A DNA stretch of 63,583 nt, filler included, from Octopus bimaculoides (lineage: Eukaryota), in assembly GCF_001194135.2 (NCBI RefSeq). It is 7 parts of 7 records of this genome, joined end to end, with 100 filler letters (N's around TTAATTAATTAA, not from the genome) between each part and the next. Parts side by side here need not be neighbours in the genome. Positions count along the whole stretch, not along the records: positions 19,760 to 42,963 come from NC_068989.1; 6 more parts are not named here. One strand, written 5' to 3'. The notes under the pieces were generated by a model. That model searched no databases and had not been told where the DNA came from. It was given only the letters and a program-made list of their open reading frames with translations. This document shows, one piece after another, positions 25,510 through 38,504 of this stretch. A program made the position numbers and the translations under genes. Position 1 is the first letter of the stretch, and each line of letters starts with the position of its first letter.

Positions 25510-25960
25510 TCTTATTCGTCGCAAAAATTCATGTAAAAAAATCGCCGAAAAGAATCGCAGAAATGAAAACATAATATTGCAGTCCGGATTCAGCTCGGAA
25601 TACATTTAATTTACTCTCAGAGTTAGCCTTTAGATTATAAAAAATGTTATCGTACAAAAAAATTTGTCGCAAAAAGTCACGTAAAAATATTGCCGAAAAC
25701 AATCTCAGTAATGAAAATTGGTCAATCAAAAATATCAGGATTGTAGGTCCAGATTCAGCCCAGGATGTTTTTAATTTACAAAATTGACCTTTAGATTGCA
25801 AAAATTGTTATCGTACAAAAATATTTGTCGCAAAGAGTTACGTAAAATATTGCCGGAAACAACCACAGTAATGAAAACTTAGAAATCCAAAATTTCAGTA
25901 TTGTGAGTCCGGATTCGGTCCGGAATGTTTTTAATTTGCTCACGGAGCCAACCTGATTTC
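25510..25960. repeat. ~150-160-bp minisatellite, 3 copies
   Basis: gtcgcaaa...gccg(a)aaac...gaaaa...cc(g/a)gattc recurs near 25518, 25666 and 25827. Confidence 0.75.
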
Positions 25961-26375
25961 AAAATGATATATGTTGGGCTACAGCTTCTAGGAGTAATGT
26001 AGAAAAACGGTGACACACTGACATTCACATTTATCATATTATATTATATTATTATATTTTGCTAAGGCGGCGAGCTGGCAGAATTGTTAGCACACCAAGC
26101 GAAATACTTAACGGTATTTCGTCCGCCGCAAGGTTTTGAGTTCGAATTCTGCTGAGGTCGACTTTGCCTTTCAGTGTGTTGATAAAGTTAGTACCAGTTA
26201 CATACTGGAATCAATGTAATCGACTTAATTCCTTCCCAAAATATTTGAGGCTTTGTGCTTCTAGTAGAAAGGATTTATTAAAGTTGGAAAAGTGTGACAT
26301 TCACATCTATTATATCAGATATGTTTAATTTTGAGAAAGCTTTATTACAATTAAATTGTATTTTATATGTGGGTG

Positions 26376-26408
<33 letters not shown>

Positions 26409-26420
26409 ATATATATGCAT

Positions 26421-26457
<37 letters not shown>

Positions 26458-27513
26458 CATAGTCTCTATGCCTACTATTACTCTCCCCCCCCCCAATCAC
26501 GAGTAATAGTAGAAGTGAGACAGGGTCAAAGTGTGACACACTGACACACAAATTACTTTACATATTTATTATATCAAATATATATACATATGCACGTGTG
26601 TGTCTCAATATGTGTGTATATCTATGTACTGTATATTTCGTTCGCGACGGATCCGGCAGGGAGAGTGTTATGTATTAAGTCGATTAAATTGTGCTTAAAG
26701 TATATAAATTGCATATATAAAGTGCATTAGGTAATCATTGTATTCCAGTTTCTTTCACTTGGCAAAAAGAAAAACAACCACCCAGAGATACAGCAAAATC
26801 TGTTTCAACACACACACATATTAGATGAGGCAGCTAGTTAGCAGAGTTTCACTAAAAAGGAAAACAATAAATGTTATTAAACATGACTGAGAGTGTAAGA
26901 ATACCTACACCGCTAGAAATAACAGCTGTAGGGCATTGTTGCAATCAACGCACATAAATTTTATTCATACATGCTGGCAGCAGCCGTAGATGGCTGGAAA
27001 GTCGCTGTCGTGATATCCCTTCACCGTACCGTTTCAGGTTTAGAGCTAAGCATCGTCAAAAGGATCAGCACAGATCTCCAATTTTCGGACAACCAAGCCG
27101 CGAGCATATATGTTTGCTCAATAAACATTTATGGATGATTTAGCGAATTGCTAAAGTGTACACAAATAACTAAATGAGGCAGCTAGATAGCGAGTTAGAT
27201 TATACGTTCCTTCCTGTAGCACTCAGCGAGATTCTGTTACACAGAATGTGATTAGCCTAGCATAGGTGGAAGTCACTTTTGCCAGCTAAATGAAGTGAAG
27301 CATTATGAAATAAAGTGTCTTGCTCAAGACACAACTCCCCGTCGAGGATCGAACTAACGGCCTTACAATCCTGAGTCGAATAACTTCATCATTAAGCCAC
27401 ACGCTTGCAATCTGTATGCGCATGTATATACATACATACATGCATACATGAATACATACATATATATATACTTTATTTAAAAGCAGCAGAAATATAACAA
27501 AAAAAACCGTTAC

Positions 27514-27549
<36 letters not shown>

Positions 27550-28950
27550 NNNNNNNNNNNNNNNNNNNNNNNNNNNNNNNNNNNNNNNNNNNNNNNNNNN
27601 NNNNNNNNNNNNNNNNNNNNNNNNNNNNNNNNNNNNNNNNNNNNNNNNNNNNNNNNNNNNNNNNNNNNNNNNNNNNNNNNNNNNNNNNNNNNNNNNNNNN
27701 NNNNNNNNNNNNNNNNNNNNNNNNNNNNNNNNNNNNNNNNNNNNNNNNNNNNNNNNNNNNNNNNNNNNNNNNNNNNNNNNNNNNNNNNNNNNNNNNNNNN
27801 NNNNNNNNNNNNNNNNNNNNNNNNNNNNNNNNNNNNNNNNNNNNNNNNNNNNNNNNNNNNNNNNNNNNNNNNNNNNNNNNNNNNNNNNNNNNNNNNNNNN
27901 NNNNNNNNNNNNNNNNNNNNNNNNNNNNNNNNNNNNNNNNNNNNNNNNNNNNNNNNNNNNNNNNNNNNNNNNNNNNNNNNNNNNNNNNNNNNNNNNNNNN
28001 NNNNNNNNNNNNNNNNNNNNNNNNNNNNNNNNNNNNNNNNNNNNNNNNNNNNNNNNNNNNNNNNNNNNNNNNNNNNNNNNNNNNNNNNNNNNNNNNNNNN
28101 NNNNNNNNNNNNNNNNNNNNNNNNNNNNNNNNNNNNNNNNNNNNNNNNNNNNNNNNNNNNNNNNNNNNNNNNNNNNNNNNNNNNNNNNNNNNNNNNNNNN
28201 NNNNNNNNNNNNNNNNNNNNNNNNNNNNNNNNNNNNNNNNNNNNNNNNNNNNNNNNNNNNNNNNNNNNNNNNNNNNNNNNNNNNNNNNNNNNNNNNNNNN
28301 NNNNNNNNNNNNNNNNNNNNNNNNNNNNNNNNNNNNNNNNNNNNNNNNNNNNNNNNNNNNNNNNNNNNNNNNNNNNNNNNNNNNNNNNNNNNNNNNNNNN
28401 NNNNNNNNNNNNNNNNNNNNNNNNNNNNNNNNNNNNNNNNNNNNNNNNNNNNNNNNNNNNNNNNNNNNNNNNNNNNNNNNNNNNNNNNNNNNNNNNNNNN
28501 NNNNNNNNNNNNNNNNNNNNNNNNNNNNNAATACATACATATATATATACTTTATTTAAAAGCAGCAGAAATATAACAAAAAAAACCGTTACTATATATA
28601 TATAATATTTTAAATATCATTGCAATACAATAGTGTTACTTTCCAGCTAGGGGTTCAGGCGAATATACTGGCAAGATGTAGCAATATTTCAAAATTTCCG
28701 TCACAGGTGAATCTACCTGATGAGGACTAATCAAATTTACGATAAGAACCGTATTTTGGAAATTCCTAAACTCAAGTCCTAGATTATCAATTCTAGGTTT
28801 TCCAATTTTCCCATGTTCTTCCTAGAGGTAAGACAAAAAATGTTTCATTTGCCTCCCCGCATACATCTTTGCCATTTATACATTTCGGCGTATCGTTATC
28901 GACTGCTCTTTCCAGCAAACATTGGTGACTTGTAGCACTATTTCTTATTC

Positions 28951-28991
<41 letters not shown>

Positions 28992-29187
28992 TTTGTGTGT
29001 ATGTAAGCATATATATATATATATTTTTTTTTTCCTCTTCTTGTTTCTTTCTGTGTTCCTTTCTGTGTAAGAGCCTAGGCTCGAAACGTTAAATACTTTT
29101 TCACTTCCCGAGCGTTATACTAATACATCTGTTTGTTTTCTACACCACCTGCCTTCGTCTGTTGTTTTTTTGTGAATTCTCCCCATG

Positions 29188-29267
<80 letters not shown>

Positions 29268-30912
29268 AATATATATATATGTATGTATATGTATGTGTAT
29301 GCATATATGCATGTATGTACGTAATCATCTGCCTGAATTAACGGATGATTGTACACGCATCAGAAACTCATCTATTGCTTCGAACTATTGTCTAGGTGTG
29401 CCCTCCTAGACAGACGATAAATAATGCATTTTCAAAATTAATAAGTTATTGAACAAATAATAAATATATCGGGTCTTCTGTTGTACTTCTGCTGCTTCTC
29501 TGTTGGTTCAATTACATACTGTTACACTTATGTGTGGTATTGATTGTTAAAGTGTCTCTCTTATCGTCACTTTTAAAGCTTTAACTCTGACATTTCTAGC
29601 GTTACTACTGTAGCCTAATACCTTCCTTCTATTTTTACTGTCTTTATATCTCTGCTCATCTGTTCTATATCCATCACCTCTGCCATATCTTGCGTATGAC
29701 TTTAAACTGCATCCTGTAGTGCGAGTCCCACTATTTTGAGGAGTGTGGAACCACCTCTTTGCGACTATAGTGCTGGAGGCGTAGCTCCCGTGAGGTTCCA
29801 ATAAGGTTAATTAACATATTAGGGCTTGCCTACTTATGTATGTGATGACTGGATTCGGGTGTCTGGAAGAAACCATGCTTTAACATCGTGGAGGACAGCT
29901 GCAGCAATACGCTGTGAAGTGCAGCGAGCAAGATGCGTCAAATAAGACATTTGGTCATCCACTGCATCTTTTTCATTTCCCAGTTGTCTTGACCTGATCT
30001 TGTCGCTGATTTGAAGATGATCACAGTCGAGAGAGTGAGGTTGATGGTGTGCAACATTCATTCACTTTAAATAAAGTAAACGCTCAAATTAGCAGCCATC
30101 CTTAAAGATAACAAGATGATTCTCGTCGCTACAACGGACGAATAGGAAAACCTCGTCAGTCTCGTCTGTTGTCCATTCTTTTCCCCCTACAGTGTCAGTA
30201 GTCTGGAATGTCCACCCTTCTGATTTTCCTTCAATTGTAGACTCATTAATGTCACTGAGCTGAGAGGGTCTCACGAAGGTGTTAGTTACAGCCCTTTCCT
30301 CTTGGTCAAATATGTAAAAGTAAACGTGAAAAGTCTCACGGTCCAATCTTCGAAGATATGATCTCTCATGCGGAATTGACAGAAATTATTTTGGAAAACC
30401 TTCTCATAAGGACCTTGAGTTATTTCAGTTTGTTTCTGGTAATCAACTTAACGATGTAATGGAACGTATGGTTTATTGTTTTTTTAACCATACATTCAAG
30501 TCTGATTAGGTATAATTGCAAAGAATTTTTTCCTTCAGACAGGTCTATTTCTGATGAACGATATAGTACTACATGTTAATATTTTATGTTTTAAGGCAGC
30601 GAGCTGGCAAATCATCAGCACGCCGGGCAAAATACTTACCGGCGTTTTGCCCGTCTTTACGTTCTGAGTTCAAATCCTACCGAGATCGACTTTACCTTTC
30701 ATCCTTCTGGGGTCGATAAAATATGTATCGAGCTTGTTGGCTTTGTGCCAAGATTTGAAACTAATCCTTTTTTATGTTTTTATAATTATCTGGAATTGAG
30801 TTCTAAATATCAGATATTAAACTTTTTGGTATTGTTTGAATTTCGGTTCATTTATGATGTTCTACGAGTTTGACCTTCTGAAACTAGATTTCCTCCGATT
30901 TTATTTCGTATG

Positions 30913-31118
30913 CAGTAATCCCTCGACTATCGTGGGTGTTATGTTCCAAAACCCCACAGAAACAATTAAAATCTAAACAGATATAAATACCTATCGGCCG
31001 AAGAAACTCCCGATATACTGAGGAGTCCGCGATATAAATTTACCAGAAAATTTACCAGAAAACTCCGTGATGTATTGAGTGCGTGATAGGTGGACCGCGA
31101 TATGGTGAAGGATTACTG
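30913..31118. mobile_element. Tigger/Pogo-type MITE
   Basis: TIRs cagtaatccctcgactatcg / cgcgatatggtgaaggattactg followed by TA. Confidence 0.65.
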
Positions 31119-31379
31119 TATACACTTGTTGACATTCACACAATTCCTTACTAGCTATATCGTAATTCCATCTCAAGATCAGTTTGACTAATCTCTGGAA
31201 ATATATTTGTGACGTTTAAGAGCCAAAGGGTGTTATACGAAATACCAAAGTGGTGGCTTGTTTTAAAAAATCTGTTCTTTTGAAAAATTTCTAACGGAAG
31301 GAAAATCAACTAGTTTTTCGTTTTTTATGTCCTTCAAAACCAGTAAATTGGTGCTCAAATATTAAATCCCCTTCTAACA

Positions 31380-32040
31380 ACAGAAGAGGCGTGTTTTCAT
31401 CCCCTTGAAGATTTTTGCTAAGAAAGTTTCAATGGTTTATGTCCACCATAAAATGCTAAGAGTTTGTGAGAATTGTTTTATGAATTTCAAGCAAACCGTA
31501 AATCTTTTCAGTACAATACTATTAGAAAGTCACCAGACGCATGTTTTGATTAGTAGAGTCAATGTTTTGTAATGCAAGGAGCACTGCAGGTGATTTAGAC
31601 CTCTTGCTTTTATATTGTCTACAACTTTGGCAACGAAAGTCATAAATTCCATGCATTGTCAAGGGAAAGTTCGAGCGCAGAGTGCTTTTTCATGATTGAT
31701 AAAGTGAAAAGGTTGTCATTTTTTATTAAGTGAATACATCAGTGGATATTGAAGTCTTTTCTTTTCTTTCTGTGTCAAACTATTCAAAAAAGCCTGACAA
31801 ATAATATCTGCCCCACTTCTTCTTTAAATGGTGTCAATCCAGTCAATTATTCCCGAGAAACTTTTGAACTATACAATGTGATCTGTTGAACCTTATTTAC
31901 ATCAGATGACTCGTAAAAGTTAATTGAATATACTGGAGCAGGATTAATATCTTTTATTTTCTATTCGATAATTAATGCCATGTCAACGCCTCTTCTATTG
32001 ATTGTTCTTGCAGAGAGAATTTCTCTGATATTATTAAGTC
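31380..32040 (-). mobile_element. Degraded hAT (Charlie/SPIN, GTF2IRD2-type) transposase
   Basis: LSARTINRRGVDMA...YSINFYESSDVNKVQQI...INHEKALCART...FVAKVVDNIKARGLNH; multiple stops and frameshifts. Confidence 0.8.
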
Positions 32041-32704
32041 ATAAAATAAAACCTCGACAATATCTGTCAGGCACGCATTGACCGACAACGCTATGTTATA
32101 GCCGAATCTATTGTGTGTCTGACAATATATTCCTAGGCTGCAAATAAAAGTGAAAGGGGGCCGTGGCGTGGTGATCTCGTTTTATTGGTTAATTTTCAAT
32201 TCATTCAACCAATGAGCGATAGTTTGGCACGCAGCTGTCTTCGAGGATTTTGCCTTACTCATTTTCGCCTTCTCTTCGTTGCATGGAAGGTCGTTTAGAT
32301 TTTGTTAATTATTTTCTAAAAATTACTATTAATATATTTTTAAATAAATTGCTTTATAGTACAGCTTATAATATACTAGCTGGTGTTCAGTATCTCTCGG
32401 TATGATATTAATACAAATACGATAATTATTATCGATTTTATTGTACATTTCTTTTTATATCGTGAGAGTCACAGTATTTCAATTGGTCGGCGTTTGGGTA
32501 TCAGTTTAATAGAGGCTGTCACACCATTAGGAGAGATACGGTACATATATAAAATATTACAAGCGTTGCCTTAAAAAGTACGAAACTAGAATTGAAAAAA
32601 GCGCACGCTCTAAAGGAATAAAGAATGTAATAATAAACGTTGAAATGTATTGGACTAGTATCGTTGTTCCAAAATATTGGAATCACTATATGCTGTACAT
32701 TATT

Positions 32705-33350
32705 AAGGCAGCGAGATGGCAGAAACGTTAGCATGCCGGGCGAAATGCTTAGCGGTATTTCGTCTGCCGCTACGTTCTGAGTTCAAATTCCGCCGAGGTC
32801 GACTTTGCCTTTCATCCTTTCGGGGTCGATAAATTAAGTACCAGTTACGCACTGGGGTCGATGTAATCGATTTAACCCCTTTGTCTCTCCTTCTTTGTCC
32901 CGTCTATGTTTAGCCCCTTGTGGGCAATACAGAAATAAGAAACGTTTGCACGCCGAGCGAAATACTTAGCGGTATTTCGTCTGCCGTTACCTTCTGAGTT
33001 CAAATTCCACCGAGGTCGACTTTGCCTTTCATCCTTTCGGAGTCGATAAATCAAGTATCAGTTACGCACTGGGGTCGATGTAATCGACTTAACCCCTTTG
33101 TCTCTCCTTCTTTGTCCCATCTATGTTTAGCCCCTTGTGGGCAATACAGAAATAAGAAACGTTTGCACGCCGGGCGAATTGCATAAGCGTTATTTCGTCA
33201 GTCTTTACGTTCTGAGTTCAAATTCCTCCGAGGTCGACATTGCCTTTCATCCTTTCAGAGTCGATGAATTAAGTACTAGTTGCATACTGAGGTCGATCTA
33301 ATTGACTGGCCTCTTCCCCCAAAATTTCGGGCCTTGTGCCTAGAGTAGAA
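32705..33350 (+). mobile_element. SINE family B, three head-to-tail units. Other copies: ~850-1245, 26063-26280, 30595-30760, 39230-39560, 45625-45770(-), 61735-61955(-)
   Basis: Repeated gagttcaaattccgccgaggtcgactttgcctttcatcctttcggggtcgataaattaagtaccag; agaaacgtt recurs at 32721, 32938 and 33155 (217-bp period). Confidence 0.85.
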
Positions 33351-34812
33351 ACATATGTTGTACATTCTGTGGCATCTTTTTATCACAAGGAATTTGTTTA
33401 GTTCATCGAAATTAAATTATATTAGAAATTAAATTATATTTGAAATTAATTAAGTTAAATTGTCGTATACTCAATTTTAACAAGTCAGTCGAGTACAAAT
33501 ACTAATGTCATCTTTAAGCAATAATTCAATTTATGAAGGATATTTTTTATAATTTTACAAGTAATCAATCAAAAATAATTTAGTGGTACTTTGTTCAATT
33601 GGCATAACTATTCCATTAATATATGTATCATAATGCGAATTATCTTTGCTTATAATTATTTCGGTTTCGTACTTACGTTGTTATATTGATTTGACGTCAT
33701 CATAAATCCAGTTATTTTTTATTATCATGGTAATTTGCATGCAGTGTCAAATATGTTTTTATAACTTTGGTATGAAGAGTATCATTATGGATTTACTTAT
33801 TCGAAGTTAAAGATCATATTTTGTACATTTTCGAATTTTTATATTAAGAACTCGGTTTAATAATTATTGTAAAATCGCAATTCACACGAGTCTCTCTTCG
33901 TCTTAAGATACCACAGAATGTACACCATATAGTGATTCCAATATTTTTGAGCAACAAAGCTAGTCCCATACTTTTTAAGGTTTATTATGACATTCTGTGA
34001 CCCTTTTGAGCGTGCACATTTTTCAGTTCTAGTTTTTTATGTATGTCTCTTTCATATAATCTTCATCGGTAACAGATTTTCATTGATTTTCCCTAGGTTT
34101 CAAGTTTAGTCTCACAGCATAACGTCTTGGGCAAATGTCTTGTATTATAGTTCTTGGCCGACGAAAACCTTGAATGGCCGTGTGGAAACTGTACAGAAGA
34201 TCGTCATATATACACACACATGCATCTGAGTGTGTATGCTTATGTTATGTGTGCTTGTTTCTCCTCACTTGACAACCAGTGTTGGTTTGTCTACATCTCC
34301 TTAACGTAGCGGAAACTAAAAAAAAACAAAAACAAAAAAGAAACGCTACTGGAACTGATTTGATCAACTATATCCTTCAAAAGTGTATCCCAGCATGGTC
34401 GCAGTCCGATGACAGAAAAAAATAATATGTGTATGAACAAATAAAACTGCTTAGATTTGATATACAAAATATATGTACACGTATATATGGGAATAGAGAG
34501 AAGGCAAAGGTTGAAAATTTTCACACGATATTTAAGTATAAATTTATAAATGTTTATGTATCAACAGAGCAAACTTACACAGAGAACAAAGACACATTAT
34601 CTCCATATTTGCTCATCTCAATTCCACTCTTTACCGCGGGGATTTAATCCGCGATAAACCTTTCGCATTTCAAACCATTTGAGCGCCACAATTGCACTAT
34701 CAGAAGCATGAAACTTGTAGTAACTCGCATTTAAATCTTGTGTATCGTAAATGTTATTTATCTGACACTGGACGAAGTATATTTTTGTTGATCCCACCAA
34801 TAACGGAATAAA

Positions 34813-34851
<39 letters not shown>

Positions 34852-35562
34852 CCAGCATACACATATATAAATATAAATGAATGCGTGTGTTCTGCAAATA
34901 GTAAATGTGTTTGGTAGGTATAATCTGTCTTGTTTAACCCTCCCCATTTCCTGTCGTCACAGTACATTTGGCAGAACTCATATTGCTTTCAGCATTCAAG
35001 CCAGATTTCCTGTTCCCTTTCTACCGCCAAATAACGGAGCTGCTGTGAAAAAGGATCGTATGCATTACACTTCCTTCTCTGACGAAGCAGTTGAAGATAA
35101 AAATATTTTCTTTGTGCTTCAGATCAAATTCTTACAATTTATAAAAAATGTCTAAGATTGTCTATAGGCGCAATATGGTTGTGTGGTAAGAAGTATTCTT
35201 CCTGGTCATACGGTTCCGGCTTCTGTTTCACTGCGTGGCACCTTAGGAAAATGTCATTTTATATAGCCTCGGGCCGACCAAAGATATATGAGTGGATTTG
35301 GTATACGGGAACTGAAAGACCTTCGTATATGTGTGTGTGTGTGTGTNNNNNNNNNNNNNNNNNNNNNNNNNNNNNNNNNNNNNNNNNNNNNNNNNNNNNN
35401 NNNNNNNNNNNNNNNNNNNNNNNNNNNNNNNNNNNNNNNNNNNNNNATTGCGGTCGTTTCATTTGACTAGAAACATTCAATGCGGTGCCCCATCATGGCC
35501 GTAGTCTAACGACTGAAACAAGTAAAAGAAATTAAACAGGTAAAAGAGAAGATAATAATTAC

Positions 35563-35611
35563 CTATTTTTCCGGCGAGGAGACCAGCTTGTCTTCGAAAC
35601 ATTGCATGCCT
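35563..35611 (-). CDS. Candidate preceding CRHBP-like exon (49 bp): RHAMFRRQAGLLAGKI + G
   Basis: Strong acceptor (ttttttccttttcttcttcag) and AG|gtaatt donor. It ends in phase 1, so joining to 21209 gives ...GKI-D-CNQLKS. Support is splice signals and phase only; it lies 14 kb from the confirmed exon. Confidence 0.3.
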
Positions 35612-36319
35612 CTGAAGAAGAAAAGGAAAAAATATTTAGAAATAGTTACACGAGTTCCATTTCTCTTTTAAACCCAATACAACAAAGAATGCAAAACACC
35701 ACTGCAACTGGTACCACTACTACCACAAACACTTTTGCATAAATACTATAAATACTACGTCAGTCAAGACGTCTGCTACTAACAAAAGCCTAACACGGGC
35801 CAACGAGGGAACTGGTACGTGGTTGCTTGAGCTGCAAAAACTAACCGCTATATTTCGCTTCAAAGCACACCGTTACCATTTTTTTCGTAAAGAGGATATA
35901 CTGGGAAATGAACGATAATGAAAGCGATGGGGTGGCGAAAGCTGTGATGCCTTTATCAGATGTCGGTTCGGGAATGTGTAGTTAACGTACTTAATTCTCT
36001 AAGAGCCGAATCACTCTATTTGAAAATGGGAACTTGAGAGTATGAACAACCCATCATTTGAACTCGTGTCACTATAAAATAGACAAAACTTTGTTAGCAC
36101 CAATTGGCGAACTTAATTCATGCACTAATACTTAAATAGGGGATAACTTAATGTTATGAATTAAAACAATTCTTTACATAAGTAAATCCACACATTTAAT
36201 AAAAGAAATATCTACAGTTTAAATGATAAATCATGTCAAAAACAAAAAGGCACATGAAATAACTCTGAAGTGACTGTGTGAATAGCTCAGGCGTAGCTGT
36301 GGGATAAGAAGTTTGCTTC

Positions 36320-38504
36320 ACCGCGCACTAGCAGAACAAAGTGGTTCTTGTCAACTAAAGAGACAACACGGCTAATTCTGGCTCTGTTGTAAATTCCAGT
36401 TCATGAAAGAAAATTAGTAACGCGGCTAAAAGGTAGAAGTTTTGTTTTTGGGGTACAGTGGGGCTACGTTATTTTGTTGTTATTTTTTACAAATAAGGTA
36501 TCTCCACTGGCCTCGAGGCATTGTTTCCTCCTTTGGTTGCGTTTGTTTTAGTGAAGAATTATCGGTGGGCGTTACCTCGCCGCAAGAATTCTTTTCTATC
36601 TTTGATTTTTCTGAAGACTTTCTGTATTTGGAAGACTTTTTGTAGATGGTTTATTTGTTTATGAAAATAAGTGTTGCGGTTAACATTTGTTTTNNNNNNN
36701 NNNNNNNNNNNNNNNNNNNNNNNNNNNNNNNNNNNNNNNNNNNNNNNNNNNNNNNNNNNNNNNNNNNNNNNNNNNNNNNNNNNNNNNNNNNNNNNNNNNN
36801 NNNNNNNNNNNNNNNNNNNNNNNNNNNNNNNNNNNNNNNNNNNNNNNNNNNNNNNNNNNNNNNNNNNNNNNNNNNNNNNNNNNNNNNNNNNNNNNNNNNN
36901 NNNNNNNNNNNNNNNNNNNNNNNNNNNNNNNNNNNNNNNNNNNNNNNNNNNNNNNNNNNNNNNNNNNNNNNNNNNNNNNNNNNNNNNNNNNNNNNNNNNN
37001 NNNNCTGTGAACTTTGTTTGTTTTTGTTTTTTTTTGTTAATTATTATTTTTTGCATTTAAAACATGAACAATAGAAAAAGTTATACTGCTTTGGTGTGGG
37101 AAATTAACCCACCCAAAGAATGGGTGACAGATTTGGAAAGGAGGACGGTGGTTCTAAGGACTCATTCAAAGTCCTTGGATACCATTGTCCCGTTTACTCG
37201 GCTAGATATAGAAAAGGAGCTGGCGGAGTACATGCCGACGATAATGCATATCGCCAGGGGTTCTAAATATGCAACTATATGGTTGCTGTTTGGAACCCCG
37301 GAGATGGCGTGTAAGTTCGCCAGTCAGCCCCTGGAGGGAGAAAAAAAATTGTTCCTCCCCTCTTATTGTGGGAGAAAATGTAAGCGGGCGTTTGTCTGCG
37401 GGTTTCCACCGGGTTTAAAAGAGAGTTGGTTGGCGAAAACCATCCATAAGGGACTTGGTGGCACCAGAGACACTAAATTGTTAAATGTAAAATTGTTGCC
37501 ATTTGCTGACTGGGTCGGAGCTAAGGCCATATAAACGTTGTGGACCCAGTTAGACGATGACAGGTCATTCCAGACTATTTGACCATGGCAGGATCTAGGT
37601 ATCCTGTGATCCTTGAGGGACGCGCCCCCCAAGTTTCACAGATGCCTAGAGCCTGGCCATTTGAAGAAGGATTGTCGCCGGGACACGAAAGTGGCCCAGG
37701 AGCAGACACCCATTAAAAAAAGTAGTCCTGCTCGACATTAAAAAAAATGAGGAGACGGTGGCCTCAACAGAAAGAGGGGAAAAAGAGAAAGGCGGGCATT
37801 AATAGTAGCCCGCCGAAACCTCAAACAAATGTAGAGTTGGAAGAGGGATTGAGTCCCCCGGGTAAACCGGAAGAGTCTTCCTCTCCCACCAGAAAAAAGA
37901 AAAATAAGAAAAAGGTGCCAACGGATGTTGAACCACTGCCTGTTGGAATTGTGCCGCCGACGGTGGAAAAGTCTATCTCTTTACCGGAGGACGAAGAATC
38001 GTTGCTCTTCTACAGAGGGGGAGAGATAGAAAAGGAATGAGAAAAATATCCTAAGGGAGCAACCATGGCCTGCATGCGGGATCCCGAATGGCCTCTGCAG
38101 ATAGATGTGGAGGCCTTAATGTGGGACACATTACATGATCTATATGACTTCTGAGAAATGTTTGACGTGGTGCCGGGCGACGCCGACACGCCACTGGAGG
38201 TGTGCCTAAAGAAGGCGTGGGCGTTGGTGGGAATCGGACACCCAAGTGATGAGGAGGGTTATGCATGAAAGGTGAAGAAGCCTCAGTGATAGATATCATG
38301 AACAATATGAACATTTGTAAGAGGCTTGTTGCCTCATATAAGAAAACAATGCTTTCGGGGATCAAGCAATCGGCGGGCGTTGCTGTTTCCCCCCATTTAT
38401 TCATTATTATCACTTTCATCACACATACGATTATGTCTTTGTCCAGCCCGCAGCTTCTTTCTTTTTCTTCTATGTAAGGCCATCATGGCCAATAAAATGA
38501 AATA
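36320..38504 (+). mobile_element. ORF1-only (L1/Tx1-like) non-LTR retroelement inserted into a SINE
   Basis: 14-bp direct repeat aagaagtttgcttc at 36306-36319 and 38505-38518. T-rich 5' region, disrupted ORF1 (37064-~38040) with a gag-type knuckle RAPKFHRCLEPGHLKKDC (first Cys mutated), 3' end ggccaataaaatgaaata. No RT or endonuclease visible. Confidence 0.75.

Noticed and set aside
26971-27138. Plus-strand 55-aa ORF containing VDGW, like the expected next CRHBP exon
   Set aside because: Wrong strand and wrong side of the confirmed exon; the remainder lacks the FPS..DH and Cys pattern.
27440-28600. ~70-100-bp direct repeat on both sides of a 981-N gap (similar case at 50935-51010)
   Set aside because: Typical unmerged contig overlap at a microsatellite; cannot be treated as a real duplication.
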